From Candidatus Latescibacterota bacterium (GTDB taxonomy: Bacteria > Latescibacterota > UBA2968): a DNA stretch of 64,000 bases. Positions within the stretch are counted from its first letter, which is position 1. The number at the start of each line of letters is the position of its first letter. The stretch lies in assembly GCA_965207885.1 (NCBI GenBank), contig OZ242311.1, positions 2,208,001 to 2,272,000 on the forward strand, read 5' to 3'. Under the pieces are notes generated by a model. It had not been told where the DNA came from and searched no databases. It saw nothing but the letters and a program-made list of their open reading frames with translations. Of this stretch, positions 48,894 to 57,694 are shown piece by piece. The position numbers were made by a program, and so were the translations under genes.

Positions 48894-50090
48894 ATGAAGA
48901 AACTTCGATTGGCTGTTGTGGGTTGCGGTGCTTATGAAAGTTCCCGTGCTCGCGGATATATCGCGACGATGGTCAAGTTGACCGGTCTCTACGATTTGTG
49001 CGCGATCTGTGATCATAGCGAGCAGTCGTTACAGGTTGTTGGCGAGCGTTTTGGCGTTGACGCGCGATATACCGATTTTGAAGCGATGCTCGATGGGGAA
49101 AAGCCAGATGTGGTTTTTATTCTTGTCCCCACAGATGGACAGGCGGTCATGGCTTTGGCGGCTGTTGAGCGCGGCTGTCATATTATCACGGAGATTCCCT
49201 ATGCCCACACGCTGGCGATTGGCGATGCAATTGATCGGGCATGTCGAGATAGAGGCGTTGTTTGGGAGGTCGCTGAAAATGTCTGGCTCTGGCCTCAGGA
49301 ACAATTAAAGCAAAAGATCGTTAGAAAAGGACTGCTTGGAAAACTGACACATGCGCGTCTGTGGTACACGTCTGGTAGCTATCACGGGATCAACGGGGTT
49401 AGAATGATCCTCGACAAGGCCGCGACCCGTGCCCTGGGCTATGCACAATCGGTAGAAGTGTTGCCATATAGCAATTATGGTGGGGTGGAGGAAATGACCC
49501 GATGGTGGGAGAGTGCTGTTGTGGAGTTCGAGGATGATGTGGTCTGTTTATACGAGATGTCACCAGCGGGTGCGCGTGGGAACTTCTGGGATATCGAAGG
49601 GGTGAAGGGGCATCTTTCGGGCAATGAACTGGTGCTTTATGGAGGCGGTGAACGCGCATCTTATCCGATTCGAGAGATGTTTGAGGAGATTGATGGCGAG
49701 CAGATTCTCTCGTCTGTTCGCGTGGATACCGATCCACCGGTTGTCTGGGAGAATCCATTCAAGTACCAGAAGGTTTCCCATACGGACGATGTGGCTAAAG
49801 CCGCGATTCTCAATAGCCTTTACAGGGCAGTGACAGAGGGATCAGAACCGCAGTACAGTCCTGCAAATGCCCGCAGGGATCTGGAGATCTGGATTGCGAT
49901 TCGCGAAAGCGCGAATAGGGGTAGTGTCTGGGTTGATCTTCCGCTGACGGAAGAGACAGATCTCGAGTGTCGCTTTGAAGCCGAATTTGTTCGGCAGTAC
50001 GGGGGGCATCCCATCACAGACCGCAAGCGTCTGTTAAATGCGCCTTTCCAACGTCTCAGTCCGTTGTGGACGGTGGCGGGTTGGTTGTGA
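48894..50090 (+). CDS. Gfo/Idh/MocA oxidoreductase
   Basis: AVVGCG, HIITEIP, AEN; SD AGGAG. Confidence 0.85.
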   Translation: MKKLRLAVVGCGAYESSRARGYIATMVKLTGLYDLCAICDHSEQSLQVVGERFGVDARYTDFEAMLDGEKPDVVFILVPTDGQAVMALAAVERGCHIITEIPYAHTLAIGDAIDRACRDRGVVWEVAENVWLWPQEQLKQKIVRKGLLGKLTHARLWYTSGSYHGINGVRMILDKAATRALGYAQSVEVLPYSNYGGVEEMTRWWESAVVEFEDDVVCLYEMSPAGARGNFWDIEGVKGHLSGNELVLYGGGERASYPIREMFEEIDGEQILSSVRVDTDPPVVWENPFKYQKVSHTDDVAKAAILNSLYRAVTEGSEPQYSPANARRDLEIWIAIRESANRGSVWVDLPLTEETDLECRFEAEFVRQYGGHPITDRKRLLNAPFQRLSPLWTVAGWL

Positions 50091-50115
50091 TGTGCACTAC
50101 TCAGATTGGAGAGAT

Positions 50116-50784
50116 ATGATGCGTTTTTTTATGATGTTCTTGTCGATGGTTATTGTTTCAGCTCAAACTGTGCAAGCGCAACCGGCAGATGTGAAAAGTC
50201 ATGTTGCTGCGCTTAAAGGCAAGACGTTCTGGATCAAAATCGATTTTGTAGAGGTGAATGACGGGATTCGAGGTATTGATGCGGCAAATGTTTTTGAGAA
50301 TGGGGAAGTTTCATACCGCGCCACAATAGGCGGTTTTCGCCAGTCTCAGTCTCAGTCTGCAGAGGATTTTGCCGAGGAAGTCAGGAATATCATTATACGA
50401 GATGAGCTTTCGGGGTGGAGCGTGCGGGTGATCCAAAGGGGCGCGAAAGTTCAAATCCGAAAAGCTGAGGCAAGGGAGAAAGAGGTCTATATTGAACTCG
50501 ACAGACTGTCAGGTGCTCGCCATGCCGTTCGTCTCAAGGTCAATAGGGATGAGTACACGATTCCCGAAGTTGAACGTCTTTTCAATATCGCCTTTGCTGC
50601 AAGCGAAGCGGAATTAGAAGGTGCAGAGGATACCGTTTTGCTCAAAATGAATATGTCCATTGAAGAAGTGATCGCCCTGAAAGGCAAACCCAAAACGCGC
50701 GTTGACCTCGGCTCCAAAACCGTTCTCACTTATGACGACTTGAAACTGATATTCAAAGATGGGAAATTGGTTGATGCGGAGTAA
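50116..50784 (+). CDS. Secreted hypothetical protein
   Basis: Signal peptide; C-terminal MSIEEVIALKGKP...FKDGKLVD (BamE/SmpA-like). Confidence 0.7.
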   Translation: MMRFFMMFLSMVIVSAQTVQAQPADVKSHVAALKGKTFWIKIDFVEVNDGIRGIDAANVFENGEVSYRATIGGFRQSQSQSAEDFAEEVRNIIIRDELSGWSVRVIQRGAKVQIRKAEAREKEVYIELDRLSGARHAVRLKVNRDEYTIPEVERLFNIAFAASEAELEGAEDTVLLKMNMSIEEVIALKGKPKTRVDLGSKTVLTYDDLKLIFKDGKLVDAE

Positions 50785-50814
50785 AGCATCGGATCGTTGG
50801 ATTGAGATCGGAGA

Positions 50815-51693
50815 TTGGTCGTGGATGAAAATTATAGAAATCTCTTTGAGAAAATCGCACATCGCTATGGTGGAGTAGATTTAGAAGGTTTGGAGAAGGT
50901 TCTTTGTCCAATTCTCATCCCCATCCATTCTTTAGATAAAACTATCGTTAAGTTACCAGGACAATCCCATTACCGTGCGACTTTCACAGTAAAGATACAG
51001 GATGAATGGAAAGAATTAATGCAAATAGGCCGAACGGGCAAATTCATTCCGGAAGGACATCTCAAAGGTAATGCTTGGCGGGAAATTGCTAAAGGACGGA
51101 TACTTGAGATAAAGAATAATAGAGAGACTGCTGAGGGTGAAATTTATACAGGAGGATCGAAAGGCAAACTAATCGAAGCCCTTGACATATTAACCATCAA
51201 CGACTATTTGGAAATAGACCAATATGGTGCAGCACCTAAAGTCTTGAGCGGATTGGTAGAGTATTCTTTGTCACGCATTGCTGTCGCCAGTGGATATAAT
51301 GTGCGTCGCATGCCAGAGGACATGGCAAAACACCTGGGACAATACTATAATTACGATTTTGAATTTGAACGATATGGCGTAATAAAAAAAGTGGAAGTAA
51401 AATCCCTCTGGGGGACAAATACAGATTTCGCTCGTCTCATTCACAGCACAGGAAAAGATTATCCTACAAGCAGTTGTAAATACGCGACTCAGGATATATT
51501 CGCAGTAAGCCTATTTTTGAGAACAGGCAATATAAGAGATTTTGCTTTTGCGAGATCTGTACCCAGCTATGAAAAACCTTATGGATTGCCGCCAGCATCT
51601 GGATATCCAGAACATGTGAACCAGAATCCCAGATGCGAGATTGGAGATGGCGTCTGGTTTGGCACGATTGACGAAGTCTGGCATTTGGATTAA
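50815..51693 (+). CDS. Putative PD-(D/E)XK restriction endonuclease
   Basis: GLVE helix ... YDFEF...VEVKS catalytic pattern; convergent with and overlapping an N6-MTase. Confidence 0.65.
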   Translation: MVVDENYRNLFEKIAHRYGGVDLEGLEKVLCPILIPIHSLDKTIVKLPGQSHYRATFTVKIQDEWKELMQIGRTGKFIPEGHLKGNAWREIAKGRILEIKNNRETAEGEIYTGGSKGKLIEALDILTINDYLEIDQYGAAPKVLSGLVEYSLSRIAVASGYNVRRMPEDMAKHLGQYYNYDFEFERYGVIKKVEVKSLWGTNTDFARLIHSTGKDYPTSSCKYATQDIFAVSLFLRTGNIRDFAFARSVPSYEKPYGLPPASGYPEHVNQNPRCEIGDGVWFGTIDEVWHLD

Positions 51694-53948
51694 GCGATCT
51701 TTTCTTTCCACGTAGCAATTCGTTTCTGAATTTTGTCCTGAAATTCTGTGCGGAGTGTCTCCAGTTCTGATTCGGCCTGGACGATAGTTTGCGCCTGTGT
51801 CGCAAGGTTTTTTAGATCCTTTTTCGCAATGGGAAGAAGGATGTCAAGTAAACAGGATTCATCGATAGCCGGATATGCAATACCGATATTATTTCTAAGC
51901 ACTTGTTGGCACACGAAGTCAGTCCTTAGAATCTGTGCCAATACTAAAGAATCTATACCCTTTGGCCGAAGAACTGCAAATCCCGTCGTGCAAATTGCTC
52001 CTTCTTGTTCCTCTGTGACTCGTGCAACAGTTCTTCTTTCAGGTCTAACTGTAGAAAAAAGAATATCTCCAGCGTGTACAACTTTTCTCGCTCTGCTTGG
52101 AGCCTTCGAGCACTTTAATCTCTTGCCTGTTGCTTTGCACATTTCTGCATTGACATCGGATATTTCTATATATAAGAAACTACCATTGCCCGATCTTCTT
52201 GGATCACTTCGCTCCGTTGAGAGTTCAGATACATCTGAGAGGAATACATGGGAATTGGAACGATTGACGAGGATCTCTTCAATTTCGGGTGGCAAGGTCG
52301 CATGGTAATTTGCATCCCACCGTTCTTTTTGTTCTACTGCTTTGACAAAACGTCCGCGTCCATTTTTTTGAGTTTGCCTTGTGCGGTCCTCTAAAATTCG
52401 AGGAAGATCACTTTCGCCATTGAATACTTTTTTTCTTTGAGATTCTCGTGTGCTGACAGAATAACCGATATTATTACAAATAGCAAAAAAAGTCGGTGTT
52501 GCACTTGATTTTTTATTTTTTCGTTTTCTCAAATGGATAATAGAGGTTTTTGTGTTCGTGCCCGCGGCCCCAAAAGTAACATTTGGCAAAGAAATTATAC
52601 TTTTAATCTCTATTTGATCGGCGATATTTTTTCTCAGTGTTTCATATAAACCTTTATTGGTAAGAATACTGTCGGGTACAATAGCCAGCAATTGTCCACC
52701 GGGAATTAACCAATCCAAATAGCGTTCGACAAAAAGCAGTTCTGAATCGAGTTTGCGCGGTATATGATTTGACCATTTGTTGGCAATTTGAAAGCCAGCC
52801 AAGTCATCCCCTTTGAATTCCGCTCCAAATGGCGGGTTGGTTAGAATGAGTCCTGCTTGTCCCTCTAAAAATGCCAGTTCTTTAGCATCGTCTCCAAATC
52901 TGACCAGCGCATTGGCGAGGAAAAGTCTGGTAGCTGGAAGGGTGAACATAGCCATGTTTGTCAATGCCAATTTAATCATGCGCTCGCTTTTATCAATGCC
53001 AACCAGGACGTCATGCACCATATTGGATAACCATTTTCGAGTTGTTCGCTCGTCATTTTTTGAGGCAACTTCATGGTGAAGAAATCTCAAAACCTCTGTT
53101 AAGAAAGAACCAACGCCACACGATGGGTCGAGAATAAAGCCAAATTCCCGGCATCGTTCAGGGTGGGTCAAGATTCTCAATTCTTTTTCGGACATTTCTT
53201 GAATCGCGAGTTTAACCATAAAATTCACAACTTCTGTGGGCGTCAGATATTGCCCAAGTTGCTTTTCATCAACAAAAGAATCTGATAAAAATCGGCCAAA
53301 TACATCGTTTAGAAAATCAACGCCTTTGATTCCACTGATGTCGAACGACTCAGATTCAGAAGAGAGCGTCTCGAAACATTGAAGTATCTCAAGAATCAGG
53401 TCTTCTTCACTCTCTTTGATTTTTAGTTCATAATCGGTCTCCTGCAACTCGTGTCCAATTGACATGGGCAAATACGCCTCGTAAATCTCCTTCACGAAAG
53501 TTTTTAAAGCCTTCGCCATACTCATTCCAGGAAAATTCTCTCTCATACTCTTTTGAGATATTCCGCCACAGCCTTTTCCAATAGCCATTACATGAACAAA
53601 TAAGAGCTTAGACAACTCCTCTACCGCTTCATTTCTCGATGACATCCTGCCCCGTCTGTGGAGTATTTCTCTTAACTCACGCAAAGTGGTGTCCATCGCC
53701 TCACGAATGTCGATCTCCTGCTTAAAAAGCGGCCACTGAATGTCTGGCTCTCGCGTCAACATCGCGGAAGATGTGCTCCGTTTATAAATTTGGCGAAGTT
53801 CACCTTCGATGAGTGGCCTTGGTTTGCTTTTTTTGTTTTGCCATCGATTAATGGTAGAGGTAGAGACGCCGAGTTCCCTTCCCAAGGATTCAATGCTATA
53901 GTGATATAGTGTCGTGAGTTCGTGAATCATTTTTGAAATTGATTTCAT
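51690..53948 (-). CDS. N6-adenine DNA methyltransferase with N-terminal XRE HTH and C-terminal HsdS-like TRD
   Basis: LGRELGVSTSTINRW (HTH); GQYLTP, LDPSCGVGSFL, NPPF; APSRARK..GDILFSTVRP..CTTGFAVL..YPAI (TRD). Confidence 0.88.
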   Translation of the reverse strand: MKSISKMIHELTTLYHYSIESLGRELGVSTSTINRWQNKKSKPRPLIEGELRQIYKRSTSSAMLTREPDIQWPLFKQEIDIREAMDTTLRELREILHRRGRMSSRNEAVEELSKLLFVHVMAIGKGCGGISQKSMRENFPGMSMAKALKTFVKEIYEAYLPMSIGHELQETDYELKIKESEEDLILEILQCFETLSSESESFDISGIKGVDFLNDVFGRFLSDSFVDEKQLGQYLTPTEVVNFMVKLAIQEMSEKELRILTHPERCREFGFILDPSCGVGSFLTEVLRFLHHEVASKNDERTTRKWLSNMVHDVLVGIDKSERMIKLALTNMAMFTLPATRLFLANALVRFGDDAKELAFLEGQAGLILTNPPFGAEFKGDDLAGFQIANKWSNHIPRKLDSELLFVERYLDWLIPGGQLLAIVPDSILTNKGLYETLRKNIADQIEIKSIISLPNVTFGAAGTNTKTSIIHLRKRKNKKSSATPTFFAICNNIGYSVSTRESQRKKVFNGESDLPRILEDRTRQTQKNGRGRFVKAVEQKERWDANYHATLPPEIEEILVNRSNSHVFLSDVSELSTERSDPRRSGNGSFLYIEISDVNAEMCKATGKRLKCSKAPSRARKVVHAGDILFSTVRPERRTVARVTEEQEGAICTTGFAVLRPKGIDSLVLAQILRTDFVCQQVLRNNIGIAYPAIDESCLLDILLPIAKKDLKNLATQAQTIVQAESELETLRTEFQDKIQKRIATWKEKIA

Positions 53949-53986
53949 TGTTTGACCCCTCAGAATCGAGAATTTGTATCTACTAA

Positions 53987-54052
53987 GTGAACATTACAAT
54001 TATACATACTGTGAACAAAAATGCAATGCAAAAATTTTACACGGCGTGTAAA
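53987..54052 (-). promoter_or_regulatory. MTase promoter with candidate operators
   Basis: TTGCAT-16-TATAAT (54026-53999); GTGAACA repeats at 53987 and 54011; palindrome TTTACAC-GGC-GTGTAAA at 54036-54052. Confidence 0.55.
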
Positions 54053-54302
54053 TATTAATCTCCAATGCAGTTAGATATCCACCATTTTTTTCCGTCACGC
54101 TTATCATTTTCTGTTTGATACAGGTTGCGTTCATCTTATCTTTCACCTGAAGTTTTTGCTCGCCATTTGGATTTCTATTCTTAAATCTCGGAGGATAATA
54201 TGGAAAATTTGTCTCTGATTAGATAAATTACAGGGTTTTAACAATAATGGAGCGAAAACAGATTGAATAGCGTGAAGTGCAAAAAAATAAGGAGGAATAG
54301 AT

Positions 54303-54572
54303 ATGGTGGCACCTAATAGTGTAACACAAGCTCTTCCCGTAATAAAAAGGATATGGCTTCCATTGCTGAACTTGGTGGGAGAAAAAAATGAATTTCGAAT
54401 CATAATAACATCTCCAGACTATATTGAATTCCGGCTTTTATGGGGGCTTATTAGCTATGAAAAAGGCGAAAAACGAGAATTTGTTATACGAGGAACAGAG
54501 GGCTATGTTACGTCCATAATTTCGTCATTATCATCACAGGGATTGGATGTAAACAAGGCTCTTTTGAAGTGA
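54303..54572 (+). CDS. Small hypothetical protein
   Basis: Strong SD AAGGAGG; followed by a terminator. Confidence 0.6.
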   Translation: MVAPNSVTQALPVIKRIWLPLLNLVGEKNEFRIIITSPDYIEFRLLWGLISYEKGEKREFVIRGTEGYVTSIISSLSSQGLDVNKALLK

Positions 54573-54601
54573 ATCCCATATCTGAAGAACTGAAGTATAC
54601 C

Positions 54602-54630
54602 AAGGCCCTGCAACGAGTTGGGGGGCCTTT
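54602..54630 (+). terminator. Intrinsic terminator
   Basis: AAGGCCC...GGGCCTTT. Confidence 0.55.
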
Positions 54631-54696
54631 ATCTTGTCATCTGACTCTAATTGGGGTATCTTTTCAATGATTTACTCATCATCACACTAAAATAGG

Positions 54697-55584
54697 ATGA
54701 ACTCCATGCCATCTCCCACAACAACTGATCTTCCGGTTCCAAATTCCTGGGACGAATTCGAAGACATCTGCGTTGATCTTCTCAAGTGTCTGTGGTGTGA
54801 TCCTTACATCACGCGAAATGGACGATCTGGACAAAGGCAACACGGTGTTGATATATATGGCAAGCCTGTCCATTTAGAGGGGCACGGCAGTGGAATCGCC
54901 GCTGCACAGTGCAAGCGCGTTGAGGAGCTAACCAAAGGAGATATAAGGAAAGAAATCGAACAAGCTACTAAATTTGCCCCAAAACTTGAGGAATACTTGA
55001 TTCTTACGACGCTGAAACGCGACGCAAGCCTGCAAAAGTACGTACGGACTCAAGATTGGCCGATCAATCGTGTCGAAATCCGGTTTTGGGAAGATTTGTC
55101 ACTACAACTTTCTGAGTTCGATGAACTCCTTCAGAAACATTTTTCGGGATGGTTCCAAATAAGGACCTCGAAAGAATATCTGATTCAAATACTTTCTAAG
55201 GCTGACCCCGAAGATTTTGAATATTCTGAAGACGATTTAATTTGTCAGTATTTGTATAAGGCCGACGTTGGTATTCGACTTGTAATGGATCTATCTGAAG
55301 AAATATCATTTGAGGAGCCTTGGGTTTCGAAATTTCACGATCCAGAGGGCTACAAACAAAAAGTGTATTTGGAGTACAACGGTACACCAATTGAAACATT
55401 TCGGTTTGTCGCTGTTGATGGTGCTCGCTACTATATTCCCTATCCCAAGGCTGCTAACGACCTTCGCATCTCACCGTTTCAGTATCGTCTTGCCTGTATT
55501 CTGAATCAGCAACCTGTTGGATATGGAATTGACCACGGTTTAAAAGTGGCGGGTATCACGATTGATAACGAACCTGCAACTTAA
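54697..55584 (+). CDS. Mrr/Cap4-like restriction endonuclease domain protein
   Basis: WDEFEDIC...GRSGQRQHGVDIYG...AQCKR (D-QxK nuclease motif); C-terminal domain not recognised. Confidence 0.75.
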   Translation: MNSMPSPTTTDLPVPNSWDEFEDICVDLLKCLWCDPYITRNGRSGQRQHGVDIYGKPVHLEGHGSGIAAAQCKRVEELTKGDIRKEIEQATKFAPKLEEYLILTTLKRDASLQKYVRTQDWPINRVEIRFWEDLSLQLSEFDELLQKHFSGWFQIRTSKEYLIQILSKADPEDFEYSEDDLICQYLYKADVGIRLVMDLSEEISFEEPWVSKFHDPEGYKQKVYLEYNGTPIETFRFVAVDGARYYIPYPKAANDLRISPFQYRLACILNQQPVGYGIDHGLKVAGITIDNEPAT

Positions 55585-55620
55585 TAAGGAAATTCAGACA
55601 CAAAATTCAAAGGACTGAGA

Positions 55621-55962
55621 ATGGTACTCAATCTCAAAGAAGCTGGCAGCAAGCTCCAGGAATTGGTTCAATCTCTCAGATCTTCTAACGAGGCGTGTGA
55701 AGTTAGAAATGAAGCTGGGCAGATGGTGGCAGTTGTGTTGCCTGTAGAACGCTATCGACTCTATCAGCAACAGTGGGAAAAGGATTTCGTTGCGGTTGAC
55801 CAAATCCGGGATAAGATGAGGGACAATGATCCCGATTACGTCGAGACACAGATCGTGTCTGACTCCGATTCCGTGACGTCGTCACCTTTGCGTGGCAAGG
55901 TCATTGAATATTTGGATCCAACAGAGCCGGTCGCTATAGAGGGCTGGAAACTTTTGAAGTGA
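55621..55962 (+). CDS. Phd/YefM-type antitoxin (possibly chimeric)
   Basis: LNLKEAGSKLQELV...VAVVLPVERY; C-terminal LRGKVIEYLDPTEPV...W. Confidence 0.7.
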   Translation: MVLNLKEAGSKLQELVQSLRSSNEACEVRNEAGQMVAVVLPVERYRLYQQQWEKDFVAVDQIRDKMRDNDPDYVETQIVSDSDSVTSSPLRGKVIEYLDPTEPVAIEGWKLLK

Positions 55963-56039
55963 TTATTCTGAATACTCACCTGTGGATTTGGCTGGTCGAA
56001 TGTGTGAATTCTTCGGAACGGGAGTATGCCAAAGGTTAG
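55959..56039 (+). pseudogene. Truncated PIN/VapC toxin remnant
   Basis: GTGA-coupled to the antitoxin; MIILNTHLWIWLV resembles a PIN N-terminus (usually LDTH); stops after 26 aa inside hicA. Confidence 0.65.
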
Positions 56040-56226
56040 AGACGCTATCCGATTGATCCAGAGGGACGGGTGGAGGCTGGTAAGGACGCGAGGGAGTCAC
56101 CGTCAATACCATCATCCCGATAAGCCCGGGACAGTAACTATTCCGGGTCATCCGGGAGATGATGTGGCACCGGGTACCTGGCTGAATATCCTGAGACAAG
56201 CCGGACTAAGGGAGAGAAACCAATGA
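56026..56226 (+). CDS. hicA: HicA family mRNA interferase toxin
   Basis: DGWRLVRTRGSHRQYHHPDKPGTVTIPGH...GTWLNILRQAGL. Confidence 0.93.
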   Translation: MPKVRDAIRLIQRDGWRLVRTRGSHRQYHHPDKPGTVTIPGHPGDDVAPGTWLNILRQAGLRERNQ

Positions 56227-56543
56227 AGCTAAAATATACGGTGGTCTATGAACGCACGCCGAACAACTACTCAGCCTATTCGCCTGATTTGCCGGGCTGC
56301 ATAAGCACTGGGGAAACCTGGAAGGAGATTCAGGAAAACATGCAGGAGGCGATCACCTTTCACATTGAGAGTCTGATGGAATACGGCGACCCGGTTCCCC
56401 AACCGCAGATGTCAATTGAGGAGGCAATGGCTTTCCATTGCAAAGCCCTCAAAGAGTACAAGGATCCGATTCCTCAACTGGAGACCACAGTGGGCATAGC
56501 TGAGGTTGAAGTCAAGCCATCACAGGCGGCAAGGGCAAGTTAA
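56223..56543 (+). CDS. hicB: HicB family antitoxin
   Basis: YSAYSPDLPGCISTGET...EAITFHIESL...PVPQP. Confidence 0.92.
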   Translation: MKLKYTVVYERTPNNYSAYSPDLPGCISTGETWKEIQENMQEAITFHIESLMEYGDPVPQPQMSIEEAMAFHCKALKEYKDPIPQLETTVGIAEVEVKPSQAARAS

Positions 56544-56627
56544 TATGACTGAACTTCGGTTAGCACCGGAGTGACGGCGTGCTATGCGTGCGGCAGGTTC
56601 AATGATTTATATCTCTCCTATCTGACC

Positions 56628-57410
56628 CTAAACATTTTCCAGCACGTCTCTCATCGCTTTGCCTTCTTCGCGGAACCATTGCATTAAGATGCTCACATCG
56701 GTTCCCACGCAAAAGTGTTTTACGCCCATGTCCAAATATCGCTTCGCGCCTCTGGCATCTCCGAGTTCTGCCCGGGGCGCAATGCCCATTTTAAGCGATG
56801 TTTCGATCACGTATTTTTCCGCTTCTTGTACTTTTTCCCTATCATAGCCCGTGTTCAGAGAATAATCCCCTGGCCCGAATTGTATCATATCTAAGCCCGG
56901 CACGGAGAGCAGTGCTTCCAAATTTTCGACCGCTTCCTTCTTTTCGATCATGATCGCGACAACGGAATCGCGGCACGACTGAATAAATTCAGCCCCTCCT
57001 GTATCCACACCAAACCGCACGTACCGGCGCATATTTACTCCGTGATGTCCGCCATCTTCTGGCGTGTCAGGACGTACGGCTGCCACACAGGCTGCCACAT
57101 CTTCTACTGTGCGCACGTCGGCGAATAAAACATTTTGGATACCCGCGCCTATGGCGCGGTTTGCAATATGTCCACGCGGGTCTTCCTCGACCTTGATCAT
57201 TGCCGACATATCGTCGAATAGATCGATAGCCCGCCCGATATTATCCATGGTGTGTAAATCATAAGGGGCGTATTCCGATACGTATTCGATGTAGTCAAAT
57301 TGTCCTGAATATCCCACCATTTCAAATACCGATGGCCACGGGCTGTGTACGTGGGTTCCCAAACTGGGTTGATCGGCATCGAGCAGTTCTCTCAGCTTAT
57401 TTCGTCGCAT
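56628..57410 (-). CDS. HpcH/HpaI aldolase family protein
   Basis: IMIEKKEAVENLEALL, FGPGDYS, VGTD; SD AAGGAGG. Confidence 0.88.
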   Translation of the reverse strand: MRRNKLRELLDADQPSLGTHVHSPWPSVFEMVGYSGQFDYIEYVSEYAPYDLHTMDNIGRAIDLFDDMSAMIKVEEDPRGHIANRAIGAGIQNVLFADVRTVEDVAACVAAVRPDTPEDGGHHGVNMRRYVRFGVDTGGAEFIQSCRDSVVAIMIEKKEAVENLEALLSVPGLDMIQFGPGDYSLNTGYDREKVQEAEKYVIETSLKMGIAPRAELGDARGAKRYLDMGVKHFCVGTDVSILMQWFREEGKAMRDVLENV

Positions 57411-57694
57411 GTTTCCTCCTTGAAAGTATTGTTGCACATGGTAGCGCAGTTCATTTTCTATCAATACACAAAAATAGTGAAAAAATCCAGTGGTCTTCTC
57501 TGCGCCCGCATCCAGATCCAGACAATTTTGGGTTGCCTCTTGAACAAGATGAAGTTATACTATTAGCAAGGGTTATAGAATTTATTTTTTCGGGAAATAT
57601 TTAAGATAAATTGTTGAAAAACATCGTCTTGTTATTCTGGCGATAGGGACAGAGCAAGCGCAACCAATGAGGTATTTCAGCAAAGGGGGAAATA

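Noticed and set aside
40421-49833. Numerous long antisense ORFs (for example 40421-41125, 45006-45608, 47219-47854, 48029-48823)
   Set aside because: They lie wholly opposite well-supported genes and have no recognisable motifs, as expected for shadow ORFs.
56548-56602. Long hairpin after hicB as an attC site
   Set aside because: It lacks RYYYAAC/GTTRRRY core boxes and is more simply a terminator-like structure between convergent genes.
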